Positions 11,544-23,455 of a stretch of DNA of 64,000 nucleotides are shown here, in pieces. The DNA is from Podarcis tiliguerta (Eukaryota). Every line of letters starts with the position of its first letter. The first letter of the stretch is position 1. The stretch lies in the NCBI GenBank assembly GCA_965153285.1, contig OZ229111.1, one strand, 5' to 3'. The notes under the pieces are model-generated. The model had not been told where the DNA came from, did not search any database, and saw nothing but the letters and a program-made list of their open reading frames with translations. A program made the position numbers and the translations under genes.

Positions 11544-12963
11544 ACCTAGAGGGTTAAGTTGGAAGGGGCATCAACTGACCTGCACTACTCTTGGGCACCT
11601 TTTGTGCTTTTCCCTGTCCCACTAGCACCACCACCCCTTTCTGAAGGCAAAATGACATGAGGCCCTGATCAGTCCCCTGTCCCTACCTAGGAAATTTAAT
11701 TTCCCCCACTCGCCTTAATGTCACTTTCAGAACTAAAGGAGTAGGTGTTGCACACAGAATCCACAAGGTGGCTCCCCCTGCAAACATTGAAGTACAGTAC
11801 TATACTGATTGTATTCTAGCTTCAGAGTGAAACCAAGCATGCACTGTATAATTTTGCCAGCAGATGCTGTCGTGAGCCTTAATGTATTTTGTTCATACAT
11901 ACTCTGATTGTAGCATTGGTGTGGTTATTGCTAGTTTCCCCAAGTGAGCTATGCTATTGTTGTTGTTTTTTTCAATTTCCCCCAAACTTAAGCTGGATAA
12001 TCAGGTGCATTGCAAGAAAGTCTGTGGCTCACAACAGTCTCCGCTAAAGATTCCAAAAGATATTGCTCTTTCCCCATTATGGGTTTTTCTGTAAATATAT
12101 GTGTAAGATACGGATCATGGGCAAGTGTGAACTGGTACACAAGGAGATCCAGTAACAAAGACAGGCAGCGTGATTTGAGTGTCATGGGAGGGGAAGCAAA
12201 TGTTTTGTTACTTTATTCTCATTGTATTTTTAATGCCAGAGAGGGGTAGAAGCATGGTGGGATTTCCTCTCCTCCTAATGCTACAATAACCTAACCAGCC
12301 TTGTGTCCTACCCGCCTTAACTGCCCCTTCCTCAATGCTGCCCTTACAGATTTCCATAAAGGAGATAGATTTTGGTGGTGGAGCTGCAAGACAGCAATAT
12401 TTTCATCAAGATTCCAAGGCCTGATATATATGGTTCTTGAATTGAATGCTCCCCCATTTAAAAAGTAATTACCTGGCATAGAAAATTAAAAAGCTTGTCT
12501 GGGAAAAAGGCTAATCAAGAACTCCTCTCCTTGACATTTAACTTTGCATGCTCCAGGTTTAGACACACACACATGTGCTCGCTTGAAGCAACCACTTGCC
12601 TCCTAGCTTCTCTGCAGATGATTCATTAGCACCTCTGATCACATGCCTGGCAGAAAATAGTGATTCTGGAACGGAAAATAGCATGAGTTTCATATTTGCT
12701 AATACATTATACGCTAAGCTGAAGCAAAAGATGCTCTGCTCTACATTTTAAAACGTGTGTTAACATTAGCGCCATTGTGCCCCATGTTTTGTTTATGTTA
12801 TTTAAATATTTATTTTCTTATATATCTAAGTTACACATTTATATTCCACCCTTTCTCCAAAGGAGCCCAGGGTAGCAGACCTGTCAATATAAGAACTATG
12901 CAGTTGTTTATTCAGTATACAGTGGGAGCTATACAATGATGATGCTAGACCATATTATCATTA

Positions 12964-14547
12964 CAGTGGTACCTCGGGTTAAGAACTTAATTCCTTCTTA
13001 GGACTTCCTGTTTCCAGCGGTGGAAAATGGCTGATCCCACACAATCGGACCTCAGCCGTTCCGATAATTCAGGGCTGATATGGGGGTAATTATCCCTGGC
13101 AGCCTCCCCAGGGCAGGGGAGGACTGTCTCAACGACCCGCGGTCTGCCCCAGATTGCCGATGTGGCAGATGGCAGGGGCACTGGGTCATGGAGCTAGGGA
13201 CGGCTGACACTCCTGTGACGCCGCCCCATAGCCGGACGCATCTGTTTGGGAAAATATAAAGATTTGGAAAACAAACAGACACGCTCTGAACTGAAGAAGC
13301 TGGAAAAAACCTGCAGTATCTACAGTCTCTGGTGCAAAAGATCGAACTTCAAAAAGATCCTCATCATGACGTTTGGAATGTGGAGGGGCTTGGTATGTAA
13401 AAAAACATTATTTTATCCTTAACATCAACAATCCGTAATGCATGCCAAGCCTCATTAAGAACTTAAATTGCTCTTCAAAAGTGAGTTCAGATGGACTTTC
13501 ATATATAATTGGGATCTACTCGCAGCCACTTCTTTTTTAAGACCGGAAATGTCTGTTAAAGACGAAAACAAAGGACAAAATGGCTTCTACCCACTACGTC
13601 GTTACTGAAGATCTGAAATACTTTCCCTGATTAAAAGAAACAGGAGCCAACGGATGGTTGGTTATAAAGACTGGAAACAATATTACATACACAACTGTTT
13701 GCAAAAAGATGCTTTTTTGATTACGAGCGAGTGAGAGGGCTAAATGGATGTCTGGCAGCCCCCCTCTAGGGCCCGGAGGGGGGACTGGGAGGATTCCAAA
13801 GGCCAATTGCTAACTGTCTGATATATTGCTACTCTGCAAACAATCTGTTTAAGATAAATCAACAAGGAGGTTACAGAAAGAAATTTCTCTCTGTTTCTTT
13901 GATAACACCTGGACGGGAAAGATTAACGATCTGGGAGCTGCCAAAATAACAACTCTCAAAGAGCTGACCAGAACTTTGAAATTGGATGCAATTAAATGAA
14001 GCGGCACGATGAAAAAACAGTCGAAGGAGTACTACATACGGACAAATCTGCACTCCATAGAAAAAAAAAGTATCTGCTTTCTGACATGAATAAGGATCGT
14101 AGAACCAGAGTCAAAATGTGGAAGGGAAAAATCGGACATGGAATTATGAATAACATTGAGGATGATGAGAGGCAGGACTATGATGTTGAATGCACTTCGA
14201 AATTCAGACCGTGGGAAGTCAAAACAAAATTATTACAATTTGGAAGACAATTGGACCTTTTTTAAATTTTTTTTTATTTTTTATTAGATTTGATTTGATA
14301 TGTTAATTGGATGTTTTCATTGGAAAATTAATAAACGCTTAAAAAAAAAAAGAACTTAATTCCTTCTGGAGGTCCATTCTTAACCTGAAACTGTTCTTAA
14401 CCTGAGGTACCACTTTAACTAATGGGGCCTCCCACTGCCGCCGCACGATTTCTGTTCTCATCCTGAAGCAAAGTTCTTAACCCGAGGTACTATTTCTGGG
14501 TTAGTGGAGTCTGTAACCTGAAGCGTCTGTAACCTGAGGTACCACTG
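12964..14547. mobile_element. Tc1/mariner-type MITE interrupted by a retroposon insertion
   Basis: TIR CAGTGGTACCTC, TA TSD. The halves 12964-12998 and 14350-14547 rejoin to match the other copies. Confidence 0.88.
12999..14349 (+). mobile_element. Non-autonomous L1-mobilised retroposon (1351 bp)
   Basis: Perfect 18-bp TSD AAGAACTTAATTCCTTCT (12981-12998 and 14350-14367); AATAAA plus poly(A) tail; target TT|AAGA fits the L1 endonuclease consensus; no RT ORF. Confidence 0.85.
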
Positions 14548-15920
14548 TATTTATTTGATAATATGCAGCATTAACCACAGCAATTGAATGCCAACATAAA
14601 CCCTAGTTTAAAAAAGCTGAAGGTAAAACAAGACAGCCTGTTAAGACTTCTTGAAGCTTGGTCTGCGGAAAACAGACAGGTGGAAAGGCAGAATCCTTTC
14701 CTCATCTGCTAGAACTTGCTGATTGTGCTTTGGCCATAGGTTGCCTTGAGCCTAGCCTGGCCCTCAGATCCTGGTACCTCTGAACTATCAGATGTCTGCC
14801 GAGGGTCAAAACTACATGCAACTTTCAAGGGCACAAAGCAGTTTGGCGGGAGTAATGTTCAGCAGAAAACCACTCCTGGTAACTCATCTGGATTGGAAGC
14901 ATATTACAGATTAGGGCCTTGTGGCTGCTTTTCCTCCAAAATAAAAATAAGCAAGTCAAGCACACTTGTTTAAACTCAAAACATCACAGGTAATTTGGCC
15001 CAGAGTAGTATTAGGAACTGCCACTCCATCCCTGACTCAATTCTTGCCTCTGCACAGCAGCAGCATAGCTGGCAGCACAATTCACACTAGAAGCTCTTGA
15101 ACCTTTAACTTGCAATTCTAGAGAATATGCCCAAAGGGCACATCTGCTTTGTGCCAACTTCAGACTGCCACCATTCGGAGCATCAGGTCCATAACACTTG
15201 TAGTATCAAAACTCCTCTTTATTATGGAGGCTGCTTCATGGGCAGACATTCTCTCCCAGAGCAATGACTAGCTTTAGTCCTGGCAGATGTGAAGCTTCCA
15301 CCCAGTTGTGTTCCTATAAGTCACCTATATATGTTCCTTTTGCACATATGTACACACCCACTGGGGGTCTTCTTGTCGTTTCTCCAGTCCACCACATGCA
15401 GGATGAGGCACACACTATGAGATCAATCACTGCACCCTCTCTTTGGCATGAGCCGTGGATTAATTCAAGCCTCTTCTTAAGACATCCAACTAATTGCCCC
15501 AAGCGTTACCAAGATGTTCTCAGGCACAGTCATGTTCCCAGGTAATATCACATGTTAAGAAGCAGCTTCCTCCTAATGTGTCATTAACTCATTCCAGGTA
15601 GACAGTGAAGTAAGAAGGCTGAAAACATTTATTTCAATGTGATCCATGCCAAGGGTCGCTTTCCTGTGTAGTTTGCCAGGGTAGTAAGATGCCATTGAAA
15701 ATGGGTGTGAAACAGCAACAGGGAACATAGCTTCGCTCCAGATTCTGCTGTGCTAAGGCACACCCAACAAAAAAACAATACAGAAGGAAAAGCTGTGCTC
15801 TTCTGTGAGTATTAATGCCTGTATACTACAGAGGGAGGGAGCTGGAAGACCTGTTGAATGCAACTGCTGTGCAGTTTCACCATCAGGAAGCCCATATCAG
15901 AAACCCTGAAGCAAATCCTT

Positions 15921-15926
15921 TTTATT
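15921..15926 (-). terminator. EPHX3-like B candidate poly(A) signal
   Basis: AATAAA ~200 nt after the stop, homologous to copy A. Confidence 0.5.
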
Positions 15927-16131
15927 GTAGTGCAACGGAACACAGACTTGCAGTAAAACCAGTTAAAAGTTGCATGTGACTCATGTTCCAATATAGGATA
16001 GAAACATTCCACTGGGCACAGAGAAGGACCAGATCTCCAGTGTCAGGTCAAATGGCTGTTCTTGTAATTTCCTGCATGCTGGGTGGCAGGAATGCTTGTA
16101 GTGCACAGAGCAGTCACTGCCTCTTTCCATC

Positions 16132-16351
16132 TCAGTCTCTCTGAAGGAGGAAAGCCCACATCAGTTGATTGACTTTTTCAGGTTGCTCCTCACTGACCCA
16201 GTGGCCGGCTTCAGGGATGAGCTGCACCTTGATGTTCTTGCACACCTTCTGCTCCATGGGTATGACAAGCCCTTTTTCCAAGAATACATCCTTTTCTCCC
16301 CAGATCAGCAGGGTGGGCACCACAATATCCTTGCACTTTGAACGAACCCAA
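16132..16351 (-). CDS. EPHX3: EPHX3-like B last coding exon
   Basis: 220 nt, WGEKD, GHWV, TGA. Confidence 0.9.
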
Positions 16352-19300
16352 CTGTAGAAGAAGATACACAGAAAAGAAATCTGCAAATTGGCATTGGACA
16401 TAAATCAGTTCACCATTTTGCGCCACTTATCAGAGTTGTGTCACTTTCCACCCTAGGGAGGCTCATGCACTGCAGCCATGACATAATCAGGAGGCAGCAC
16501 ACCCACACTTTAATTCCAATTCTATAAATGAACATTCTTTTAGAAATTAAAGTATCTCAGAATGGTCACAATATTTTCTCATCCCCTTTCCTGAAATTTA
16601 AATACAGATTGGTGGAGGAGGAAGAGTGTTTTGCCCCTCAGCACCACATGATCCGACAAAGAATTTGGTGCCGTCCAATTATTAGGAGCAGAAGGCTACT
16701 GCTGCCAAGCAGTTTCTTCCTCTGCGAAAAAATGCCAATCCCACCCATTATCAAAGCTGGGAATAAATGGTCTCTCACGTGGACATGTTCCTGTAGTAAT
16801 TCATGGGTGGTTCTAGACCCCTGTCCTTCGAAAGGCCATACAGGTAAGCCTCCAACTCCTCCTCTGTCAGATGATTCTGGTCTCCCGTCTTCTTGCTAGC
16901 CATAACAGACTTTATTAGCTGTAGAGAAAAAGACACAGCAGCATGTAGAGGCTAATTAAATGCACACCTCCTTGTCCTGTACAATACAGTCTCCTCAATA
17001 AGGCAGAGGCAGCTCATGCTACTAGAAAGCTTTGTAAAAAAATATTTCCTTAAACCACCTTGGGCAGGGCAAAGGAGTAAACAGTGTTGCTTCCTTTTAA
17101 AAACAAAAAACTGTCCCTGCCCATATGTCTTTACCTGATAGATCAGCTCAGTAATATTTAAAGCTTTTCCCAGCCTGCCTTCCTCCACTATCCACACAAA
17201 GGTAATCTACTGATCTTCACATGAGTGAAGACAAATGCACTAGCTCCATCCTATGGTCCACAAGCTGGAGGGTAACCATCTGCAGCAGGGAGACTTTTCT
17301 ACTTGACTCAGGTAGGCCTCCCATGCAATGTAGATTTTCCAGGGCTCTACATCACAAGAGGAGCCTACATAAAGAGCAGCCTCCCTGTCACAGATTGGCA
17401 CCCTCCAAATAATCCAGAGAGGGTATCAAAGCAAATGTACTTGTGCCTGCTCACATATCCCACTAGTTCATAGTATGCAATGTCTGAATAGGTTATGACT
17501 GCCCCTTGTTTAGCGTAAATACAGTTGTACCTTGGTTCTAGAATGTAATCCATTCCAGAAGTCCATTTGACTTCTGAATGTTCTAAAACCAAGGCACAGC
17601 TTCCGAATGGCTGCAGGAGCTTCCTGCACTCAATTGGAAGCTGCAGAAGCTGCGTTGGAAGTTCGGGTTCCAAATAATGTTTGAAAACTGGAACACTTCG
17701 GGGTTTTCTGTGTTTGGGAGCCAAAACGTACAAGTACCAAGGCGTTCGATAACCAAGGTACAACTGTACCACCACTCTTTCAAATTTCTTACAGGTGAGC
17801 TTTAAACACAAGGCACTCTCTATATGGAGTGAGGCTGGGGTGGAGGGGGCAGAAGAGACAGGGTTATGCTTCTTACAAACCAAAGCAGAGAGAATCACCC
17901 TTCATGCAGAGCTGAAAGCAGCCTGGCAGAAGGGTTTGGGATATGCCCATGAAACACATTTGAGATTTGTAGCTCAGCATTGAGCGAAGAGAATGAACAG
18001 TCACCAGCAGAGAATAAAGCGCTTTGGCTTCACAAAGTTACACAGACAGCTTGGAAAAGAGATTTGCTGTATTTATAATTCCTAATGCAAGAAGGCATGA
18101 ATGGTGAGGCAAACTCCCCACCCTGCACTCACATAGAAGTCATCTAAGGACCACAGGAGCTCTGGCAGCTTTGGCAGCTGGAACAGGAACATGTAGTTGG
18201 ATCGCAGCAGCTGGGTGGGATATCGTGAAAAATATTCTGCAAGGTGGAAGGGAAAATAAGTTGCCCTGCCACACATTAAGTATCACCAGAACTACTCATC
18301 AAGAGAACCAATATATGGCCCTTTGTTTTTTCTTTTTATTTGCTTTTGCATCTATTTTGTGCAAAACTGAAATAAAAATACTTTATAAAAAAAGAAACAA
18401 AATCACCACAACCAGAAAACTATCTTCAAAATAGAGGGCTCACCTGGGGTTGCTCTCATCTATTTCCCTTTAACATCTGGATCAACTTGCAGTCTAAGCA
18501 GTGGGGGGGGGGGGGAGCTGGGTGGCTGTGTTTTTTAATGTACTCCTAGTACAAGGCTTCCATCTAATCATAAGCCGTGGTGGTGTGTTGGTGTCAGGCA
18601 CTTGGATAGATCAGACAACCTCCCTTCTTCCTCCAAAAAGAGCTGTAGTGTAACAGTGATGGCTTATGCAGGCTCTGCATCCTAAGGGCAATGCAGTCAC
18701 AGTAACTATTTAACTGTGCAGCAGGGACTAGTCCCTGGCAGATCCAGGCTCCTCTCTCCCTTTTCCAATTCTGCTTAGAATTAATTAGTGAATGCCAAAA
18801 GCTGCACACAATCGTAGTGAGTACCAAATCCCGATAGCACAAGACTCACCTGCTAAGACATGTGGTTGAACTGCATTCATAATAATAAGCTTCTCTACCA
18901 AATTGGGGTAACAGGCAGCAAACTCAGAAGCTATGGATCCACCCCAGTCATGCCCCACCAGGATGCACTTAGAAATCTCTAAAAGACAAATAAAAGACAT
19001 CAGAACAGAGACAATGTGGACAGGTATCAGCCTACTTAACAATTCCCCAACCCAAACACCGATTCATTTCAAGGAAGCCCCATTAAGCATCAATGTAACA
19101 TTTGAAAGCTTAAGTATGTTGAATGCATGGCCCTCTCCTCCCATTGCCAGTAGCCAAGCCACTGCAGTGGCAAACCGGACCCTTCCTCCAAAACAACCAT
19201 TTTCACTCTCACCATTCTTCTCACTGGGGCTCAGAGCAACAATGACACCATGTACATCTGCCAGAAGAGCTTCCCTCTGATAGTGCTCAGAACCAGCTGG

Positions 19301-20740
19301 TGCGTCGGAAAAGCCATAGCCTCGCAAATCGAGGGCCACCACCTTAAATGCCCGCTTAAACTCCTGCAATTGATGGCGCCATGCAAACCTGTTGAAATAC
19401 AGCCAAATCACAATGGGATTAAGTAGAGAGGAGAGCTTCCCTGCTCTGCAGATTTTATAGTTTTTGCCTCTCCATTTGTTGTATATATATGTTTTGAATA
19501 ATGGCTCACCCCTTGTTGTTCATCTGTTCCATCAGGCTTTTGGGAATTGACTGCTTTTAATGAAAGGACTGGTGTTGTTTTTGTTGTACTTATTCATATG
19601 CTTTAAATAGATTTTATATCTGTATATAGTTTTAATTCTATTAAGATTTAATTGTTTTTAATGATAGTTTTTTTCTATGTTTTTAGCTATTCTTGTTTTT
19701 AATCGGAAAGCCACCTTTAGTCTTGTCAGGAAGAAAGGCATGGTAATAGCAATACTACTGGTGAACACCTGATGGTCATTCACTGTGCATCATAGAAACT
19801 TGATAGCATGTAGCTGAGTAACATCATCTCCTCTAGGTCATTTCCTTAGGGAAGTTAATCCTTCTGTTCAATACCTTCTCCTTAACTTTGCAGTAAACTC
19901 CCTTAACACATTGGCCAACAGATCTGTAGGCTGACTTCCTGCATGAGCCACACCTGCAGTAAATTGATATCAGCTCCAGACACTGCACTTCTTCTAACTA
20001 CCACACAGCACAGCGACACTTACCAGTTCTGGGGAAATCCATGCAAGAAAAGCATCAGCTGGGCTCCTTCCTCGCCAGCAGCAACATAATGGAGACGCAG
20101 CCCTGAGTTCTTGAGCCCCCAAAGGACAGAGAAATAGGACAGTTACACACAGACAAGAGCTCAGTGACAATAGCTCAAGAGTTTTGCATGCATAGAGTGA
20201 CAGGTTCACAATCTGTGACATCTCCTTTTAAGAGGCAGCTGATGAGAAACACTCTTTGCCCCTAAGACTTTGAAGAACAGCTGTTGGTCACCGTTGAAAA
20301 CATCAGGCTAGAGGGTCAAATAGTTTGACCTGGCAATAGGCTGTTTCCTATGTTACTCCCAGTCTCTCAAATACACCAGCAGCCCAGAATCCTGCCTTCA
20401 CATCCTGCTTCAGCTGCTGTCTGTGAGCACCTGACTGTGGCTAGGAGCACCTGACTATGGCCTCCCCCCCCCCCCACTTTCCTGTCACTGTACTCACTTT
20501 TAGCGTGACAAAGCCATGCTCCCCATACGAGGCATCAGTGAGGCATCTTGGTGGAGTCCCCCGCCTCTTCTTGCGGAGCACCTGGAAAGGGCCCGTAGAC
20601 ACCACCTGCCATAGGGCCCACCAACAGTAGAAGACAGCAGCAAGGCAACCGGCACTATACATAGACAGCCAGGACATAACATTAAAGACCTTCAGCATCA
20701 GGTATGTGGGGACCAGCAAGAAATGTGTGAGAGATGCCAT
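16132..20740 (-). CDS. EPHX3: EPHX3-like epoxide hydrolase, tandem copy B (365 aa, canonical active site)
   Basis: Exons 20740-20498, 20109-20024, 19388-19213, 18978-18850, 18236-18133, 16918-16779, 16351-16132 (1098 nt). GHDWG nucleophile, RSNY and NYYR tyrosines, WGEKD acid and GHWV His are all present. Confidence 0.93.
16779..16918 (-). CDS. EPHX3: EPHX3-like B coding exon 6
   Basis: 140 nt (9 nt shorter than copy A), MNYYRN. Confidence 0.9.
17522..17766. mobile_element. Tc1/mariner-type MITE, related family, in an EPHX3-B intron
   Basis: TIR CAGTTGTACCTTGGTT / AACCAAGGTACAACTG, TA TSD. Confidence 0.85.
18133..18236 (-). CDS. EPHX3: EPHX3-like B coding exon 5 ([11 protein letters not shown])
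   Basis: 104 nt. Confidence 0.9.
18850..18978 (-). CDS. EPHX3: EPHX3-like B coding exon 4 (GHDWG)
   Basis: 129 nt. Confidence 0.9.
19213..19388 (-). CDS. EPHX3: EPHX3-like B coding exon 3
   Basis: 176 nt, donor GTGAGA. Confidence 0.88.
20024..20109 (-). CDS. EPHX3: EPHX3-like B coding exon 2
   Basis: 86 nt, HGFPQNW. Confidence 0.9.
20498..20740 (-). CDS. EPHX3: EPHX3-like B coding exon 1
   Basis: 243 nt coding; acceptor puts the exon start at 20759; donor GTGAGT. Confidence 0.88.
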
Positions 20741-21299
20741 CCCCTCCTGTTGTCCGGCGCTGCAAGAGAGAGGCCACAGCTCAGGGGTAGATAACATGCT
20801 TTGTATGTCAATGATCTCAGGTTCAATGCCTGGCATCTCCAGTTGGGACAAGATGCCAATCAATGGCTTGATTTGGTATAAGGTAGTTTCTTATAGGAGG
20901 ATTCTTTTTTTAGATGCTATTGAGAATGTCTTTAGGCCACACACTCAAACACACGCATGACAGTTTAAGTAACTAACAAAACATTATTCAAGTTTCAAGG
21001 ATGGTACAGGGTGCCTAGGCAGACATTACTAGGTCGACGTCAGAAATCGAGTTCTTCCCTTTGAAGCAACAAGATGCAAAATCTCTCTCGGGATGCGACC
21101 TATAATGAGCAGGGCAGAATCTCGCACAAAAGCTACAGGTGGCATAGCAGGGAGGGCGGGGGGAATCCCCTGGCACAACAAACTAAGTGCACTAAGCCTG
21201 CAATCCTAACCCCATATACCTGGGGGCCAACCCAAGTGAAATCAACAGGACTTCCTTCTGAGTAGACATAGTTAACGACAGCGCCTCCTTCCAGCAAGG

Positions 21300-22180
21300 C
21301 TGGATAAGAGAGGTCGCTATCTTATCTTCCTGCCAGGCTTGTTACAAACGGAGTCCTGCCTTGGGGCCAAAGGCTAGGAGGCCGTTTCCACGGAAATTCC
21401 ACAGAAAGTCTCCCGTCGGCAATCCTCCCGAAACCCACATCGGATGATCGCCCCGCTGACTCAGGTGGCGGAGCCCATGCAATTCCTCCTACCAGTCAGA
21501 AGAGTGCTAATCCTAACCCGTCTTGCCACTTTTCCTACCTGCAAGAAGTGAGGAAAGCCACTCAAATTCTGGCGCCAAACAACCCTTTGGTAGACGGTGC
21601 CTCGAATTCAGCTCCCCGAAAAGGTGAGCCCCGTAAGTAGCTCTGCCTGCTCCCCCATCGATCTCCTACCTACACTCTCACCTTGCCGCTCCTGCCTCCG
21701 TTTAAAAAGCCGCAACTCCAGCTCCTCCCCCCTGCGAAGGCCGCTATCTCTGCGCTAGTGGGAAGAAGCTCTGCAGCTGCGGGCGGGGAAGGCAAAGGAG
21801 TTGGAGCGCCTCACGCCTCGGGGCCTCGCGCTCTCGTCAATGCAGCGTCGGGCGCAGAGCTCCGCCCCGTCAGAGCGACCAAGAGGGCAAAGCCCACTCG
21901 GGGGGTGAGAGGCGGTTGTTGTTGCTCCCGGCAGCTCCCCGCTCGCCTGGCGGAGCTCGGGGCGCCGCTTCGACTCCGCGCCCGCCGAGAGGGCCCTGAC
22001 CTCGCCCGAAGGAGACTCCGTTTCTAGCATGGCGGCTGGCAAGAGAGAGCCGGGTATTGGCCGAGTTCTTTTTCCTCAAGAAAACCCCCACCTGTTCAGG
22101 CCCGCTTAACTCCCAGGAACCTCGCAGGGATTCAAGGAGGGGAAGTGGAACCCCGCCCGACGCACAAACCGCCTTTTCTT
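21300..22180 (-). promoter_or_regulatory. CpG-island promoter of EPHX3-like B
   Basis: CpG-rich; shares TCGGGCGCAGAGCTCCGCCC and CTCCAGCTCCTCCCC blocks with the copy A promoter; the TATA position is degenerate (TTTTTAAA, 21701-21708). Confidence 0.65.
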
Positions 22181-22214
22181 TCATTTAGTTGAAGGGCCCC
22201 ACTCGGATTCAAAC

Positions 22215-22294
22215 CATGGGCGTAGCCAAGCCCCACATAATCCATACAGATCTGATGTTCTGCCCCCCTAACAAAAAACCTGGCTACGCCCATG
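22215..22294. mobile_element. Short non-autonomous element with TIRs
   Basis: CATGGGCGTAGCCA ... TGGCTACGCCCATG inverted termini. Confidence 0.6.
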
Positions 22295-22832
22295 GTTCCA
22301 CCTCAACGCCGACCCCATGGCCTTTCCTATAGAGCGGAGTAACCGACCCCGTTGTTAGACTCGAAGCAGATGCAAATTTAAGGCTTTTTTAGCTCTCCCG
22401 GGCAGACTGAACACGTTTGCTTTAGTTTTGTTTATATATCTAACAGATCTACCCCCAAACGGTTTGCCATAAATATTAAAATTACCAATAAAAACAAAGC
22501 AATTAAAACATTTAAACATAATTAAAATTAATGGTAAAGGAGATTAAAGCACGTCAGCATAGGTGCGTCCTGGCAGGTGTACTTTGGGATATAAACAGGA
22601 AAAGACAGGAATTCAACCTGGGCGAGTTAAAAGTAACCACCCACATACCACCACAGGTGGATTGGGGCCGAAGCGTATTATTAGTAACAGAACATAATAC
22701 AAGAATGTAGTTTGATATTAAACAAAACATTCATTCCCAACTAGCTGTATGTTTTACAATAGGTGTAAAATGCTTGGTCCTACTCATTTGGGGCTTTATA
22801 GCTTATGGGGAAAGCAGCTGGGGAGGGGGAAT

Positions 22833-23455
22833 ATAATAAAGTGTATAAAATTATGCATGGTGTAGAGAAAGGGACAATAGGGACGGTTTTTACTTCATAT
22901 AACGCTATAACCTGTTAAATGGTGGGAGACTCAAAAGTACTTAACACAATGCATAGTAAATGCGGAAGTTGCTACCACAAGAAATGGTGATAGCCACCAA
23001 TTTAGACAGCTTTAAAATGGGATTAAGGGACACAGGTGGCGCTGTGGGTTAAACCACAGAGCCTAGGGCTTGCCGATCAGAAGGTCAGTGGTTCGAATCC
23101 CCACGATGGGGTGAGCTCCTGTTGCTCGGTCCCTGCTCCTGCCAACCTAGCAGTTCGAAAGCACGTCAAAGTGCAAGTAAATAAGTAGGTACCGCTCCGG
23201 CGGGAAGGTAAACTATGTTTCTGTGCGCTTCTCTGGTTCACTTAGTCATGCTGGCCACATGACCCGGAAGCTGTACGCCGGCTCCCTCGGCCAATAAAGC
23301 AAGATGAGCACCGCAACCCCTAAGTCGGTCACGACTGGACCTAATGGTCAGGGGTCCCTTTACCTTTACCTTAAAATGGGATTAGATAATTCCTGGAGGG
23401 TAGGGTTATCAAGGTCATGGTAGCTACCTGCTACCTTCAGTCTACCTCTGAATAC
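22833..23455 (+). mobile_element. Degenerate CR1 LINE 3' fragment (host of the SINE)
   Basis: TATAAAATTATGCATGG...CTTTAAAATGGGATTAGATAA resembles a CR1 ORF2 end and 3'UTR; boundaries approximate. Confidence 0.55.
23026..23370 (+). mobile_element. Sauria-type (lacertid POM-like) tRNA-derived SINE
   Basis: Pol III A/B boxes (GGTGGCGCTGTGG, GGTTCGAATCC), (ACCTTT)n tail, 14-bp TSD TTAAAATGGGATTA. Confidence 0.9.

Noticed and set aside
17365-17898. 177-aa minus-strand ORF in an EPHX3-B intron
   Set aside because: It spans a MITE, has a non-ATG start and shows no similarity I can recognise.
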